A stretch of DNA of 64,000 nt, from assembly GCA_963737465.1 (NCBI GenBank), contig CAVTTC010000014.1, positions 103,567 through 167,566 on the forward strand, written 5' to 3'. Below the pieces are notes generated by a model. It saw only the letters and a program-made list of their open reading frames with translations, searched no databases and was not told the origin of the DNA. The DNA is from an uncultured Acidobacteriota bacterium. Lineage in GTDB: Bacteria > Acidobacteriota > Terriglobia > Bryobacterales > Bryobacteraceae. The translations under genes and the position numbers were made by a program. Every line of letters starts with the position of its first letter. Position 1 is the stretch's first letter. Positions 1 through 9,969 of the stretch are shown here, in pieces.

Positions 1-30
1 GCCGCGGGTCTGGATGATATTGTCAGCCAT
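1..30 (-). CDS. 5' end (10 codons, MADNIIQTRG...) of a gene running off the window; by position probably the ATPase subunit of the adjacent MacAB-like ABC efflux operon
   Basis: ATG at 30..28 on the reverse strand, 9 nt after the stop of the adaptor gene. Too short to identify by sequence; product inferred from operon context only. Confidence 0.3.
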   Translation of the reverse strand, partial: MADNIIQTRG

Positions 31-39
31 GGTCACTCT

Positions 40-1392
40 CTAGGATTTGGTCTTCACGCTGCTGCCGTCTTTTAAATCGGCGGGTGGATTCATGACGATA
101 TCTTCGCCGCCATTCAGTCCTTCATCAATGGTGATGCCCTGCGCGCCCACTCCACCGGTCTTCACCGTGCGCCGCACGACGCGCCCATTCGCAACAACGA
201 ACACTGCTCCATCCTTCACCGCGCTTGCCGGTACGATGATGAGCGGTTTGGAAGGGACGGCTCCCGTCTTCGGCTGCTGTTTCGCGAGGAAGGCCACACT
301 GGCGTTCATTTCCGGGCGGAGATAATCGTCCGGGTTAAGGACCTTCACTTTCACCTGCACGGTCGCCTTTTGCCGGTTCGCTTCGGGCGACATCTCATCG
401 ATGATGCCGTCGTACTTGCGGTCGGGGAACGCGTCCGTAGTGACGATGCCCTTCTGCCGCGGTGTGAGCTTGGCGAAGTCGTTCTGGTTGATGTCGAGTT
501 CCACTTTCAAATCGTTCAGGTCGGCCATGGTCACGACATAGCCTTTCGCGCCGCGGTCGCCGACGAAGCCCGTGGTGACGAACTCACCCTTCTCCACATT
601 GCGGTCGAGAATTGTCCCTGTCACCGGCGCCCGGATCACGGTATTGTCCAACTGCGTCTGCATGTACGCGAGCTGGCCCTTGGCTTGTTCGATCATTCCG
701 CGCACGGAGTCGATCTGTTCCTGCCGTGGACCGATCTTCGCCAGGTCGAAGGTGCGCTGCAACGAGTTCGATCTGGCAACCGCACTGTCGAAACGGGCCT
801 GCGCGTCGTCCAAGGCCTGCCTGGCGAGCACGCGTTCGCTCACCAACTGCCGCGTCCGTTCCAGCGTGACCCGCGCGTTCTCCTGATCGGCGCGGGCCTG
901 ATCGACATCGGCCTTGGCGCGCGCGATCTCTTCGGGCCGCGAGCCGTGCAGCAGCTGATCCAGCTGCGCTTGCAGATTCAGCAGATTGCCCCGCGCCTGC
1001 TGCACCTGCGCTTTATATTCGTCATCTTCCAGGCGCACCAGCACCTGGTTCTGCTTGACGCGGTCGCCTTTCTCGACGCCGATCCAGGCCACCTTCCCCA
1101 ATACTTTCGACGCGAGCTCGATCTTGTGCGCGGCCACGATGTAGCCGGTAGCGTTCAGCACCACGCTGCCCGCGGCGGCGGCGTCCCCCGCCGTAGTGGC
1201 GCGCACCCGAACCGTTTCCACCACGGGAGCGGCGTCCAGCTTATTGAACACGAACCGGCCTAAGCCGAGTAGAACGAATAGCACGACACCCGCGATAATC
1301 CAGCGCGAAGCCCAGTTCGAGGGAGGCCGAGCGGCCTTTCGGTTTCGGTCGATGCGCAGGCTTCCCAGGTCGGATGGAGTACTTGTAACCAT
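40..1392 (-). CDS. HlyD-family periplasmic adaptor / membrane-fusion protein (MacA-like)
   Basis: 450-aa ORF with an N-terminal TM anchor (WIIAGVVLFVLLGLG), a long Q/A/R/L-rich coiled-coil hairpin (NLLNLQAQLDQLL...) and a beta-rich C-terminus. It sits 4 nt downstream of two FtsX-type permease genes. Confidence 0.85.
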   Translation of the reverse strand: MVTSTPSDLGSLRIDRNRKAARPPSNWASRWIIAGVVLFVLLGLGRFVFNKLDAAPVVETVRVRATTAGDAAAAGSVVLNATGYIVAAHKIELASKVLGKVAWIGVEKGDRVKQNQVLVRLEDDEYKAQVQQARGNLLNLQAQLDQLLHGSRPEEIARAKADVDQARADQENARVTLERTRQLVSERVLARQALDDAQARFDSAVARSNSLQRTFDLAKIGPRQEQIDSVRGMIEQAKGQLAYMQTQLDNTVIRAPVTGTILDRNVEKGEFVTTGFVGDRGAKGYVVTMADLNDLKVELDINQNDFAKLTPRQKGIVTTDAFPDRKYDGIIDEMSPEANRQKATVQVKVKVLNPDDYLRPEMNASVAFLAKQQPKTGAVPSKPLIIVPASAVKDGAVFVVANGRVVRRTVKTGGVGAQGITIDEGLNGGEDIVMNPPADLKDGSSVKTKS

Positions 1393-1396
1393 GCAA

Positions 1397-2560
1397 TTAG
1401 ATCTCTCTGAGGGCGGTCAGAATCTCTTTCCTCGCGGCCATTCGCGCAGGCAGAAGACCCCCAAATGCTCCCAAAATCAGCGCGAATCCGACGCCCAGCG
1501 CCATCACGAACGGACTGACGCGGAAGTTGAAGGAGGTCTCGCTGAAGGTGATAAAGTTGCCGACGCTGGTGGTAATGTTGTTGAGCGGCAGCACCAGCAG
1601 GATGCCAATCAGACCGCCAATCCCCGCCAGCAGCACCGACTCGAGAAAGAAGCTGACCAGAATCGAGCCGCGCGAAAAACCCAGCACCCGCAGAGTGCCG
1701 ATTTCCCGAGCCCTTCGCGCCACCGCCGCGTACATCGTGTTCATCGCCGCGAAACTGCTGCCTACGGCCATGATGATGGAGACGAAGATGCCCAGGAACT
1801 CGATGGGCGCGGCCGCGATGGTCTGCGACTCGTAGTATTCCTTCTCCGTGCGCGCCGTCATGTTCAGCTTGCGGTCGTCGTTGACGGAGTTGATGAGAGC
1901 CGGCACTCCGGCGGAGTCCGCCGCGCGTACCAGGACAGAACTCAGCCCGTCGGGACGGTTGAAGTCGCTCGATACCTGGTTGAGATCGCCCCACACTTCG
2001 CTATTCAGCGCGCTCTGGCCGCCGTCCATGACGCCCACCACCGTCCAGGAGCCCCGGCCGAACTTCATCTGTTTACCGAGCCCGGCATCGGGGAACTTAG
2101 CCGCGACCGACTTACCCACCACCACCTCGCGCTGGCCCGCGTTGAACCATCGGCCCGCCGTGATCTTGACCTCACGCATGCCGAACCCAACCGGTAGAAT
2201 CCCGCGGAGGTTGATATTGCTGCCATCGGGCTTAGAGGGCCCACGCAGGCTCAACACCGTAATCATCTCGAGCGAGGCGAGCGGTTCGTTTTGAGCGTTT
2301 CGGGCGATGCCGGGGACGAACTTGATGTTCTGGAACTGTTCCCGCGTCACAGCGCTGGTCAGTTCCGACGTTCCGGCCTTGCGCAGAATCAGTACATTCA
2401 ACGGATCGCCGGTGGCGCGAAACGCCCGCCGCAGGCCTTCCACCAGCGCCATATCCGCCGCGAGCACCGCCACCGTGAGGCCGATACCCAGCGCGGTCAT
2501 GATGGTGGTCGTCTTCCGGACCGTGAGGTTCCTCAAGTTGTAACTGACAGGTAGCGTCAT
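1397..2560 (-). CDS. ABC transporter permease, FtsX/MacB family
   Basis: 387 aa with an N-terminal TM, a large extracytoplasmic domain and three C-terminal TMs. Carries the hallmark [14 protein letters not shown] motif. Confidence 0.85.
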   Translation of the reverse strand: MTLPVSYNLRNLTVRKTTTIMTALGIGLTVAVLAADMALVEGLRRAFRATGDPLNVLILRKAGTSELTSAVTREQFQNIKFVPGIARNAQNEPLASLEMITVLSLRGPSKPDGSNINLRGILPVGFGMREVKITAGRWFNAGQREVVVGKSVAAKFPDAGLGKQMKFGRGSWTVVGVMDGGQSALNSEVWGDLNQVSSDFNRPDGLSSVLVRAADSAGVPALINSVNDDRKLNMTARTEKEYYESQTIAAAPIEFLGIFVSIIMAVGSSFAAMNTMYAAVARRAREIGTLRVLGFSRGSILVSFFLESVLLAGIGGLIGILLVLPLNNITTSVGNFITFSETSFNFRVSPFVMALGVGFALILGAFGGLLPARMAARKEILTALREI

Positions 2561-2563
2561 AGG

Positions 2564-3751
2564 TTACCCCGCGTTACGAAGCGCATCCAGAATGCCGGTC
2601 CGCGCCGCGCCGGCGGCCGGAATCAGCGAACTCACAAGGCCGACAAACACCGCAAATGTCAGGCAGAACAGAGTCACCGTCGGAGTCATGCTGAGGGTCT
2701 TCATGGCCTGGATGTATGCCGGACCCTGGCGCAGTCCGGCTGCGATGAAGCTTGCCAGCATCACGCCGAGCGCTCCGCCCAGAAGCGAGATGAACGCGGA
2801 TTCTCCCAGGATCATGCCCAGGATGGCGCCGTTCGGAAACCCGAGTGTCTTCAGAATCCCCACTTCGCGTATTCGCTCGCGCACCGTCATCGCCATGGTG
2901 TTGCCGGCCACCAGCAGGATGGTGAAGGTTACAGCTCCGCAGATGGTGAGCAGGAAGACCTTCACATTCCCGATGAACGAAACGAAGCTGAGAGTGAAGG
3001 CCTGCTCGGATTCCGTGCGGGTCTGAGCCGTCGAGTTCTCGAACATCTTGTCGATCGCTGACGAGACTCTGGGAACCAGGTCCGCGCTCTCAACTTGAAT
3101 CGAGAATGCGCCCACCTGGTCCTTGCGGGCTCCGGTCATGCCCTCGCGCAAGTAATCGTGGTTGAAGTAGAGCGCTTCGTTCTTTTCCGGATCGTCGAAG
3201 ATACCTGCCAGGTTCAGCTCGAGATTGACAGGGAAGATATCGCCCACCAGGGTGATTCGCTCGCCCAACTTCCAGCCGAATTTGTCAGCCAGGGTTTTGC
3301 TGACGATGCAAGCCGTCCGGTTCGAGAGAAAGGCCTTCTTCTGCTCCTCGGGAAGCGTGTATTCGGGGCGCATGCGCAGAAACTGCGCTGGCTCCACGCC
3401 GAAGCGAGCGAAGAAGTTCTTGAAGTCGCGGGAGTCTTTGTAGGTGCCGCCATACCACTGCCAGATGCTGACTTCGCGAACCCCGGGCACCTCGCGAATC
3501 TTCTGTTCGTAGGAGCCTGGAAGCGACTGGGTCAACGACACGCGATGGTAAGTGATCACGCGCAGTTCCTGTCCCGGGGCGGGTGGGCTGAGGAACAATG
3601 CGCGGTACAGGGCGAACAGGACGCCGAGCAGGCACATCGAAGCAGCAATGCTCGATATCGTCAGCAGGCTTCGACGCCGGTTGCGGAGCGTGTTCTTAAA
3701 AATGAGCGGTAGGTACCGAATCATACGCCTTTCCAGTTTAGATGACCCCAT
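2564..3751 (-). CDS. ABC transporter permease, FtsX/MacB family (second paralogue)
   Basis: 395-aa ORF with the same architecture and the motif RIREVGILKTLGFP. The more likely start is MIRYLPLIFKNTLRNRRRS at 3724, preceded by GGAAAGG. Confidence 0.85.
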   Translation of the reverse strand: MGSSKLERRMIRYLPLIFKNTLRNRRRSLLTISSIAASMCLLGVLFALYRALFLSPPAPGQELRVITYHRVSLTQSLPGSYEQKIREVPGVREVSIWQWYGGTYKDSRDFKNFFARFGVEPAQFLRMRPEYTLPEEQKKAFLSNRTACIVSKTLADKFGWKLGERITLVGDIFPVNLELNLAGIFDDPEKNEALYFNHDYLREGMTGARKDQVGAFSIQVESADLVPRVSSAIDKMFENSTAQTRTESEQAFTLSFVSFIGNVKVFLLTICGAVTFTILLVAGNTMAMTVRERIREVGILKTLGFPNGAILGMILGESAFISLLGGALGVMLASFIAAGLRQGPAYIQAMKTLSMTPTVTLFCLTFAVFVGLVSSLIPAAGAARTGILDALRNAG

Positions 3752-3965
3752 GCCTGATGGAGATGCACTTCGGCAGAAGGCGCGATTCCGCCGACGAATG
3801 GCCTTCGCCGGGAGACGAAGCGAGTTTGCGGTTGTAGAGTCGCGCCGAAAAATACACGAAACGGTTACGAGAGGATCAGAGACCGGAGATCTATGCTATT
3901 CTGACGCAATCCGAACGCCAAACGGCGCTTCGGCTTAGGGCACCAGACTGGGGGATATTCACACA

Positions 3966-4540
3966 ATGAAACTGATGAAACTTGTTTTGGCGACGGCCTT
4001 GGCCGTGGCGCCGGCGATGCTGGCCGGACCGATCGTCTACGGCGTAGTGATGGATGGGCCGAGTGAATCGCCGGCGAATGCATCGCCGGGCACGGGAACC
4101 GCACTCGTAATATTCGACCTGACGGCGCATACACTCCAGATCGACATGTCGTGGACCGGGCTCGTAGGGACCACGACGGCGTCGCACATTCACTGTTGCA
4201 CGGCCACCCCAGATACCGGCACCGCCGGTGTCGCCACCCAGGTGCCGCGCTTCATCGGTTTCCCGACCGGCGTCACGTCAGGGACCTATAGCAATATCTT
4301 CGACATGACGCTCGCGTCCAGCTACAACCCAGCCTTCGTCACTGCTCAAGGCAGCATTGCCGCGGCCGAGGTGGTGTTGGCGGCCGGCGCCGCGGCAGGC
4401 AAGGCGTACCTGAATATCCACTCCACCTCGTTCCGGGCGGCGAAATCCGCGGCTTCCTGCAGCCGGTGCCGGAACCGGGCACCTTCGCGCTGGCGGGACT
4501 GGCGCTGGCCGGCGTCCTGCTCCGCCGGAAACTACTGTAA
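3966..4540 (+). CDS. secreted CHRD-domain protein with C-terminal PEP-CTERM sorting signal; frame broken by a 1-nt indel near 4431-4437
   Basis: Signal peptide MKLMKLVLATALAVAPAMLAG; CHRD-like TTASHIHC and KAYLNIHSTSF. After ttccggg (4431-4437) the +1 frame reads PGGEIRGFLQPVPEPGTFALAGLALAGVLLRRKLL*. That is the usual CHRD ending plus a VPEP-hydrophobic-RRK tail, with stop TAA at 4538-4540. The tracked ORF instead runs out of frame to 4847. Confidence 0.7.
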
Positions 4541-5428
4541 GGCGGATTTCGCCTCGATCCGATCCGCGCGGTCCAGGAATGGCCGTACGCGGGCTCGGAT
4601 ATCGTCCAGGTGCGTGAACAGGCTGACGTGCTCGCCGCCTTCGATCGTCATCAGTTCGGCGCCGGGCACCCTCGCCGCCAGCGACTTCGCGTGCTCGAAC
4701 GGCGCAGCGCTGTCCGCCGTGCCGTGGATGATCAGCGTTGGCGCTGCGATCCGTTCCACCGGGTACGCGAACGGCAACCTCGATTGGGCGATGTCGTTGA
4801 TCGTTCCGGGCAAACGCTCAGCCATCCGTTCCATCGTGCTGGTCTGAAGGGCCTTCATCAGCGGGCCCGCCTCCGGGTGTCGGAGCGTGCGTGCGCGCAA
4901 TTCAGGGTCGGGTATCGCCCGTGCGGCCGCGCGGTCCGGATCGGCAGCGGCCTTCTTCTGCATCATCGCCGCCAGCGCCGGAAAGCGAGCCACCCACTTC
5001 AGCAAGTGAAACCGGAGCGGCAGCCGTACCGTCAGCGGAGCGCAGCAGGCCGATATCATCACCAGGGCGCGGCAGCGTTCCGCATGCCGCAGCGCAAACT
5101 GAAGAGCGCACTGGCCGCCTCCCGATATCGCGATCACGGACACGTCACGGATGCCGGCAGCGTCCAGCAGGGCGGCGCAGAGATCCGCCTGGTCCTCCGG
5201 CGCTTTGCCCAGGGCGAGCGGCGTCCCCAGGTAACCAGGCCGGGACACGGCCACGAACTCGTGTCCCTCCGGTCCGCAAGCAGATCGCCCCAGCAGGAGA
5301 CCCTGATCGTAGCCGCCCATTGCTCCGTGGAGCAGCAGCACTGAAGGTCCCTCGCCTGTACGGGCGCATTCCATGCCGCCCCGCGATGTTTGGATCACGG
5401 TCGGCACTTCAGAGAGAGTGGGTTTCAT
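4532..5428 (-). CDS. alpha/beta-fold hydrolase
   Basis: 298 aa with LLLHGAMGG, the nucleophile elbow VIAISGGGQ, and late IIHGTADS ... GGEHV. Confidence 0.8.
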   Translation of the reverse strand: MKPTLSEVPTVIQTSRGGMECARTGEGPSVLLLHGAMGGYDQGLLLGRSACGPEGHEFVAVSRPGYLGTPLALGKAPEDQADLCAALLDAAGIRDVSVIAISGGGQCALQFALRHAERCRALVMISACCAPLTVRLPLRFHLLKWVARFPALAAMMQKKAAADPDRAAARAIPDPELRARTLRHPEAGPLMKALQTSTMERMAERLPGTINDIAQSRLPFAYPVERIAAPTLIIHGTADSAAPFEHAKSLAARVPGAELMTIEGGEHVSLFTHLDDIRARVRPFLDRADRIEAKSALQ

Positions 5429-5969
5429 TTGGCCCTCCCTTTGAGGAACCGCAGCAGCGCGAGACCTTCGGGCGAGGGTTGGCGCTCGACTCTCCGGTAC
5501 TCGCGACCGTCAGCTGTCCGGGTCAGCAGGCCCTGATTGCACAGTTCCCGCCGCAGCAGCGCGTGGTCGCCGAACAGATGATTGGCTCCGGATTTGCCGG
5601 TTCAAATCGCTCTCAGTGATGGAAACACCAGGCGGAAGTTTCGACCACAGTGCCCATAGGCAGATGGACTGCAGGGCTGGGTTTTGCCGGCCAACTGGAC
5701 AAATGTCCCTCGGAATCGAAGTGCCGTGCGGCTTGCCGCACCTGCACGGAATCGACGGGCACGGGTGAGGACGGCGGCGTGTCGAGTTGGGTTTGGGCCA
5801 GGAACTGAGCCCGCAGGCTCTGGAAATTCCGGTGCCCGGTGGACCGCGCGAGCATGTTCAGTAACTCGACGTGGCCGGGAGTGGAATCGTGTTGTTCGAG
5901 CTGGCTTCGCAGGGAACGGGCCAGCGCGGAAATATCGTTTGCGGAAAACGGGATTGAAATTCGCGACAT
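5425..5969 (-). pseudogene. DUF2087-type protein with N-terminal glyoxalase-superfamily-antidote-like helix domain; two frameshifts
   Basis: Frame 1 gives MSRISIPFSANDISALARSLRSQL...SSWPAK. After the A4/T4 run at 5682-5685 the next frame gives NPALQSICLWALWSKLPPGVSITESDLNRQ. After about 5590-5600 the third frame gives ANHLFGDHALLRRELCNQGLLTRTADGREYRRVERQ...*. The stop overlaps the hydrolase ATG (ATGA). Confidence 0.6.
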
Positions 5970-6162
5970 CGCTTATCCTCACGGAACGCGCCTATCCGAA
6001 TTCGGATTGCCGGGGGTCGCCGTCTTCCGACTCGGCACGGGATAAGTGTCAGTCGTTTGGGAAAATGGCAGGTTTAGCTCCCCTCGCGGGGCGGCGACGC
6101 CTGGGTGAACTGCCGACCAAGGCCATCATATCATAGGGTCGATTACTCTGGAATCGGGAGTC

Positions 6163-6516
6163 TCATCCGTTTGATACGGAACCTCGGCGAACCGGTGCTT
6201 CCTCCGCCTCTGGGCGTAGCGCCATCTGCACCAGGCGAGCCAGATCCGACGTGCCCAGCAGCACGTCGAAAACCTCCACCCCGGTGCTGAACCCGCGTTG
6301 GCCGGGAGTCACGTGGATCACCTGTCCGAGCAGGCTGCCTTCGGAGAAATCCACCCGTACCATGTCACCGTGCGCCATTTCGGACGGAAGCTCGACACAC
6401 ACTCCCGCCGGCGAGACATCCACCATTTCGCCCCGCACGGACAGCCCATTCCAGTTCAGGTCCGTGACCCGGACCTCGAGCTGAGTCTTGAGCCGGTCAT
6501 GCTGTCGTAAGTCCAT
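6163..6516 (-). CDS. PilZ domain protein (putative c-di-GMP receptor)
   Basis: 117 aa. RQHDR ... DVSPAGVCV resembles the RxxxR / DxSxxG PilZ motifs. Confidence 0.6.
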   Translation of the reverse strand: MDLRQHDRLKTQLEVRVTDLNWNGLSVRGEMVDVSPAGVCVELPSEMAHGDMVRVDFSEGSLLGQVIHVTPGQRGFSTGVEVFDVLLGTSDLARLVQMALRPEAEEAPVRRGSVSNG

Positions 6517-6560
6517 GTCTCACAACATCGGCAGAATCCGCCTGGACTTTAACGTGCCGA

Positions 6561-8246
6561 TCAGCCGCCGTCGTCGTACCACCGGTATTCCACCGGGCCG
6601 CCGGACCCGCGCCATCGCGCAGGGGTGGTGGTGTCCATCCCGTCCAACGGCTCAATGCCGGAGTGCGCCGTTGAGGCGGCCGCGAACGCCGCCTTCAATC
6701 CCGCGCGCTCCCGCTCTCCCATCACCGCCGGGTCTGCCGAAACGAACAGCGGCGTTGCGCTCCGTACCACCAGGTCCAGCCACTGCCTGGTCAGGGACCA
6801 GGGAATGTCTTTCGTCACTGGAACGCAATCGGCGTCCGCGGCAAAGAACGTATTGTGCTGCGCCAACCGGAATGCCAGGGTGTTGACGCCCATTTTGCGC
6901 GTTCGGCTCCACTCCCGCCCACTCGTGTCATCGCCGATGCGCTGCATCTCGAACAGGCCCGCACCCAAATGCCCGATCGTGTTACATCCGATCAACATGG
7001 CCGCGCCGGCGCTCCCCCGAATCGTCTCGTACAGCTTCGAGACAATCTCCGCGGTGGTCCGCCCCCGGTCCCGGAAATGCCAGCCCGCAGGGGTCAGATC
7101 GGGTCCCATCTGAAATCCCCAGCGGCCCGTGATGTCGTAGGTCGAATAGTCGTGCTTGATCAGTTCGAAACCCCACGCGCTCACACCGCGTATCGACTCC
7201 GCCACGTATCCCAGCGCCTCCGGAACGCTCGGGTCAAGAATGAAGAACGGCGCCTTGATTCCACCGCCGGCCTGTGGGCCCTCGAGTCGCCACGCCTCGG
7301 GAAGCTTTTCCACGGTCAGGAGTGGACGCACCCAAATCCCCGGACGCACGCCGCGCTGTTTCATCTGCCCTGCGAGCAAGGGCATCTCGGGAAACCCCTT
7401 ATTGGTGCGATTCGTCGGACCCGCGCCTTCGGGTGCATCGGTCCAACCCATATCCAGCACCATGTAAGGACGGTTCCCGGCGCCCGCCGGCGCGAGTTCC
7501 GCCATCAGGCTCGAATCGCGCAGCAGCGCCTCGGCCGTCAGATCGCGGCCGTACGTGTAATACCAGTTATTGCCGCCGTACACCGGAAAGGACGGCAAGC
7601 GTGGCTTCGCGCACATGGCGCGGCACAATCTCCGGGACGTTTCGAACGGTGTCTCGCCCGCTTTGCCCCGCTCGGAGACCACCGTCGCCGCCTCCAACTG
7701 CCGGTCCCCGAGTTGGACTCCGAGTCCGCCGTTATGGACATCCAGGCATAGCGTAATGCCGGCCGGGTCCACCTCCCAGTGAGCGATCGATCGCGCTCCG
7801 GTCTTCACCCCGTAGCCGTTCGTCACCCTCCCGTCATTGGACAGGAAATACCACGGCATCAGCCGGTCTGCGACAAAGCCCCGCCATTCCAGGTCGCCGT
7901 ACGAGCGCTCCCAGTGGTCGCCGAGAAACCGGTGGCCCTCGCGAATCGGGCCTTTCCAGCGGAGCCATACGCGAGTGATGGCAGTCCGCGGCGCCAGGAT
8001 CCGTATGGGCAACTCGATTGGCGCGCCCCGCCGCGGTTCCGCCTCGACTTCAATATCAGGACCAGTCCACCGAGGCCCTGAGCGCGTCAGGCGAACCGTG
8101 CCCTTTTCAGAGTCCACCCAGACGCGGTCCGGCGTGCGAAGGATGTCGGGGCTGCCAGCCGCGGCTGCAGGGGCTTGGCCCAGCAGAGGAGCCATAGCGG
8201 GCGACGCTCCGGAGCTGAGTAGGAATGATCGACGCTTCATGTCCAC
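6561..8246 (-). CDS. secreted glycoside hydrolase, clan GH-D (alpha-galactosidase/melibiase-like)
   Basis: 561 aa with a Tat-like signal (MKRRSFLLSSG). Motifs YGGNNWYYTYG, MVLDMGW, GIWVRP and FELIKHDYS are as in GH27/36-type enzymes. Confidence 0.6.
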   Translation of the reverse strand: MDMKRRSFLLSSGASPAMAPLLGQAPAAAAGSPDILRTPDRVWVDSEKGTVRLTRSGPRWTGPDIEVEAEPRRGAPIELPIRILAPRTAITRVWLRWKGPIREGHRFLGDHWERSYGDLEWRGFVADRLMPWYFLSNDGRVTNGYGVKTGARSIAHWEVDPAGITLCLDVHNGGLGVQLGDRQLEAATVVSERGKAGETPFETSRRLCRAMCAKPRLPSFPVYGGNNWYYTYGRDLTAEALLRDSSLMAELAPAGAGNRPYMVLDMGWTDAPEGAGPTNRTNKGFPEMPLLAGQMKQRGVRPGIWVRPLLTVEKLPEAWRLEGPQAGGGIKAPFFILDPSVPEALGYVAESIRGVSAWGFELIKHDYSTYDITGRWGFQMGPDLTPAGWHFRDRGRTTAEIVSKLYETIRGSAGAAMLIGCNTIGHLGAGLFEMQRIGDDTSGREWSRTRKMGVNTLAFRLAQHNTFFAADADCVPVTKDIPWSLTRQWLDLVVRSATPLFVSADPAVMGERERAGLKAAFAAASTAHSGIEPLDGMDTTTPARWRGSGGPVEYRWYDDGG

Positions 8247-8276
8247 TGAGTCTATCGAAGCCGCACAGGCCCGGCA

Positions 8277-8624
8277 TCACTGGCCGAGCTGGCTTCTCAC
8301 CTTCTTCGGCAATGAAGCCAGTACCCGATCGTACGCCCGCCGAAGCCGGGCAGCGCATTCGCGCAACGGCATCGCGTCCGGGGTCTCCAGGGCTACCCAG
8401 TGCGCGCGAGCCAGGTACGGCGCCGGCACAATGCCCGGGCGCTCCACCAACTCGCCGAAGTCCTCTGGTGAACATTTAAATGACAACCGGTTGCCCACCG
8501 GCTCCAGCGGCGCGACGGCGAACATTTTCCCGCCGATCTTGAACACCAGATCGTTCCCCCACTGGACCTGCTCGGTGGCGTTCGGAAAAGACATGCAGGT
8601 TTGGCGAATCCAGTCGGTGGTCAT
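8277..8624 (-). CDS. MmcQ/YjbR family DNA-binding protein
   Basis: 115 aa. FPNATEQVQWGNDLVFKIGGKMFA and PAPYLARAHWVAL are typical of the family. Overlaps the MFS gene stop by 4 nt. Confidence 0.7.
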   Translation of the reverse strand: MTTDWIRQTCMSFPNATEQVQWGNDLVFKIGGKMFAVAPLEPVGNRLSFKCSPEDFGELVERPGIVPAPYLARAHWVALETPDAMPLRECAARLRRAYDRVLASLPKKVRSQLGQ

Positions 8625-9865
8625 TCCTGGTCAGTGCTCCAGCGAACCGGTTCCACCCTCCGCACCAGCAATATGTAAGACGAAGCCGAGATCAACAGCG
8701 CTGCGCAAGCGGCAATGAACGCGCCCAGGAAGGAATGCGTCTCGGCCACAATCCACCCCGTGAAATAGGGCGCCAGAACGCCGGATAGGTTGCCGAACGT
8801 GTTTTGAATCCCCGTCCACTTGCCCGCGGCCGACGTTCCCGCCAGGCTTTGCGTCACCGCCCAGATGTTGGATGTGAACAACCCGAACGACAGGCAGGCT
8901 GCTGTCAGCAGCGCCAATGCCAGCTTCGGATCCTCCACCACCGCTGCGGGGAACAACAAGGTGGCGAAGATAAGCCCGGTGACAACGAAGCCTTTACGGA
9001 CCAGCGTCGGCGAGTTGCCCCGCCGGATCAGGAAGTCCGACAAGAATCCGCCGAACACCGACGACGCCGCCACTGCAAGAAACGGAATAGAACCGGCAGT
9101 GGCCATCATTTCCGCCGAGTAATGCCGCTCGCGACGCAGATACGACGGCAGCCACGTCAGCATGAAGTACCAGGCGTAGTTTGACCCCAGCAGTCCGATA
9201 AACGTTCCCCAAGCCGGAGCCTTGGAGAAGATCTCCATCACGGACGGTCCCGTCTCCACCTTTCGAACGGCATGGCCGGTGCCGCGCCGGATGGCCCAAA
9301 TCCACGGCCCGAGCCACAACAGGCTCACACCACCGATGATGACGAACATCGCGCGCCAGTTATACGCCGCGATAATACTGCCGCCCACCAGTAAACCCAG
9401 AAAGGGTCCCAATTTCGATCCTGCGTCGATCAGGGCATTGGGCACTCCGCGCTTCTCCTCCGGAAAGCCCGCAGCCAGGATCTTCGAGTAGGACGGATAC
9501 GCCACCGATTCGGCCAATCCCAACAGCAGGCGCAATCCGAACAATACGTTGAACGACCCTCCCAATCCGGTAAGCGCCGTTGCCAGCGACCACAGAAAAT
9601 AGCCGCCCGCATATACCCAATAGACGTTATACCGATCAATCAGCCAGCCAGCCGGGATCTGAAAGATCATGTAGGTCCAGAAGAAGGACGACAACAGAAT
9701 CCCGACCCGCTTCGGATCCAGGGCGAGCTCCCGGCTCAGGTCTTCGGCAGCCGCCGAGAGATTGGCCCGGTCAACGTAGTTAATACATATAGATAGGACT
9801 AGAAGGGCGAGCAGCAGATACTGTTGTCTGCTGATCTTCTCTTCATTAGTGTCGCTCGGCACCAC
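8621..9865 (-). CDS. MFS transporter (ACS/sugar-acid type)
   Basis: 414 aa with about 12 hydrophobic segments, NYVDRANLS near TM1 and the PAGWLIDRY loop. Confidence 0.8.
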   Translation of the reverse strand: MVPSDTNEEKISRQQYLLLALLVLSICINYVDRANLSAAAEDLSRELALDPKRVGILLSSFFWTYMIFQIPAGWLIDRYNVYWVYAGGYFLWSLATALTGLGGSFNVLFGLRLLLGLAESVAYPSYSKILAAGFPEEKRGVPNALIDAGSKLGPFLGLLVGGSIIAAYNWRAMFVIIGGVSLLWLGPWIWAIRRGTGHAVRKVETGPSVMEIFSKAPAWGTFIGLLGSNYAWYFMLTWLPSYLRRERHYSAEMMATAGSIPFLAVAASSVFGGFLSDFLIRRGNSPTLVRKGFVVTGLIFATLLFPAAVVEDPKLALALLTAACLSFGLFTSNIWAVTQSLAGTSAAGKWTGIQNTFGNLSGVLAPYFTGWIVAETHSFLGAFIAACAALLISASSYILLVRRVEPVRWSTDQE

Positions 9866-9969
9866 GATACTGTATCACGCGCAACCGCGATGTCGAGGCT
9901 TCCTTGGTTCTTACTTGGTTCTTACTTACAAGCGCCGCAGGATACCGCCGAGCGCCAGCGCGAGCCGCT

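Noticed and set aside
4891-5619. 242-aa plus-strand ORF overlapping the alpha/beta hydrolase and DUF2087 genes
   Set aside because: It is Pro/Arg/Ser-rich nonsense, and the minus strand carries recognisable genes over the whole span.
9905-9926. Tandem duplication ggttcttactt x2 in the MFS-gene leader
   Set aside because: There are only two copies of 11 nt and no further structure. It is most simply a slippage duplication, not a regulatory repeat or CRISPR-like element.
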